DNA of 64,000 nucleotides from Ranitomeya imitator (Eukaryota): NCBI RefSeq assembly GCF_032444005.1, contig NC_091288.1, positions 223,200,001 to 223,264,000 of the forward strand, read 5' to 3'. Shown piece by piece: positions 62,385 to 64,000 of this stretch (position 1 is its first letter; each line of letters starts with the position of its first letter). The notes under the pieces were generated by a model. It saw only the letters and a program-made list of their open reading frames with translations, ran no database searches and was not told where the DNA came from. The position numbers and the translations under genes were made by a program.

Positions 62385-64000
62385 GCAGAGTCTGGGGGGC
62401 TTGTGTGGCCGGAGTAGAGTCTGGGGGGCTTGTGTGACCGGAGTAGAGGCAGAGTCTGGGGGGCTTGTGTGACCGGAGTAGAGTCTGGGGGGCTTGTGTG
62501 ACTGGGGTAGAGGCAGAGTCTGGGGGGCTTGTGTGGCCGGAGTAGAGTCTGGGGGGCTTGTGTGACTGGGGTAGAGGCAGAGTCTGGGGGGCTTGTGTGA
62601 CCGGAGTAGAGGCAGAGTCTGGGGGGCTTGTGTGACCGGAGTAGAGTCTGGGGGGCTTGTGTGACTGGGGTAGAGGCAGAGTCTGGGGGGCTTGTGTGAC
62701 CGGGGTAGAGGCAGAGTCTGGGGGGCTTGTGTGACCGGAGTAGAGGCAGAGTCTGGGGGGCTTCTGTGACCGGAGTAGAGTCTGGGGGGCTTGTGTGACC
62801 GGAGTAGAGGCAGAGTCTGGGGGGCTTGTGTGGCCGGAGTAGAGTCTGGGGGGCTTGTGTGACCGGAGTAGAGGCAGAGTCTGGGGGGCTTGTGTGACCG
62901 GAGTAGAGTCTGGGGGGCTTGTGTGACCGGAGTAGAGGCAGAGTCTGGGGGGCTTGTGTGACCGGAGTAGAGGCAGAGTCTGGGGGGCTTGTGTGACCGG
63001 AGTAGAGTCTGGGGGGCTTGTGTGACCGGAGTAGAGTCTGGGGGGCTTGTGTGACTGGGGTAGAGTCTGGGGGGCTTGTGTGACTGGGGTAGAGGCAGAG
63101 TCTGGGGGGCTTGTGTGACCGGAGTAGAGGCACAGTCTGGGGGGCTTGTGTGACCGGGGTAGAGGCAGAGTCTGGGGGGCTTGTGTGACCGGGGTAGAGG
63201 CAGAGTCTGGGGGGCTTGTGTGACCGGAGTAGAGTCTGGGGGGCTTGTGTGACCGGAGTAGAGTCTGGGGGGCTTGTGTGACTGGGGTAGAGGCAGAGTC
63301 TGGGGGGCTTGTGTGACCGGAGTAGAGGCACAGTCTGGGGGGCTTGTGTGACCGGAGTAGAGGCAGAGTCTGGGGGGCTTGTGTGACCGGGGTAGAGGCA
63401 GAGTCTGGGGGGCTTGTGTGACCGGGGTAGAGGCAGAGTCTGGGGGGCTTGTGTGACCGGAGTAGAGTCTGGGGGGCTTGTGTGACCGGGGTAGAGGCAG
63501 AGTCTGGGGGGCTTGTGTGACCGGGGTAGAGGCAGAGTCTGGGGGGCTTGTGTGATCGGAGTAGAGGCAGAGTCTGGGGGGCTTGTGTGACCGGAGTAGA
63601 GTCTGGGGGGCTTGTGTTACCGGGGTAGAGGCACAGTCTGGGGGGCTTGTGTTACCGGAGTAGAGGCAGAGTCTGGGGGGCTTGTGTGACCGGGGTAGAG
63701 GCACAGTCTGGGGGGCTTGTGTTACCGGGGTAGAGGCACAGTCTGGGGGGCTTGTGTGACCGGGGTAGAGGCAGAGTCTGGGGGGCTTGTGTGACCGGAG
63801 TAGAGGGAGAGTCTGGGGGGCTTGTGTGGCCGAGGCAGCGGCAGAGTCTGGGGGGCTTGTGTGACCGGAGTAGAGGGAGAGTCTGGGGGGCTTGTGTGGC
63901 CGGAGTAGAGGCAGAATCTGGGGGGCTTGTGAGACCGGAGTAGAGTCTGGGGGGCTTGTGTTACCGGGGTAGAGGGAGAGTCTGGGGGGCTTGTGTGACC
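62385..64000. repeat. 29/35-bp G-rich minisatellite running off the window
   Basis: GAGTCTGGGGGGCTTGTGTGACCGGAGTA(GAGGCA) units. Confidence 0.97.

Noticed and set aside
62157-63704. 515-aa Pro/Ser/Thr-rich ORF
   Set aside because: Translation of the 29/35-bp minisatellite.

Overview
Intron-rich vertebrate genomic DNA, very probably from a frog (inferred from the repeat landscape and exon structure). It is not prokaryotic and has no CRISPR or operon. I assembled three spliced genes by hand using GT-AG sites and exon phase. (1) A minus-strand gene running off the left edge, with exons at 10086-10140, 5480-5494, 5359-5387, 3686-3754, 3419-3484, 3132-3227, 2959-3042 and 619-892. It encodes about 4 hydrophobic segments followed by a TIR-like alpha/beta domain and is the most unusual item here. 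(2) Head-to-head with it, start codons 262 bp apart, a complete 8-exon, 265-aa classical short-chain dehydrogenase/reductase (FabG-like; 10403-23045). (3) A plus-strand single V-set Ig receptor (signal exon 30760-30817, V exon 36015-36365) with two phase-compatible transmembrane/tail exons: 44215-44405 (short tail) and 57581-57825 (C-terminal ITIM). The rest is tandem repeats with units of 13-60 bp (which create all the very long track ORFs) and decayed or nested transposons: Tx1 and L2/CR1 LINEs, four Penelope-type insertions (three are palindromes with ~14-bp target duplications, and several carry hammerhead-like motifs), hAT, Tc1, Harbinger-type MITEs, a Gypsy integrase remnant, solo LTRs and a tRNA-derived V-SINE. 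There is one 140-N assembly gap. Coordinates were counted by hand, so ends of decayed repeats are approximate.
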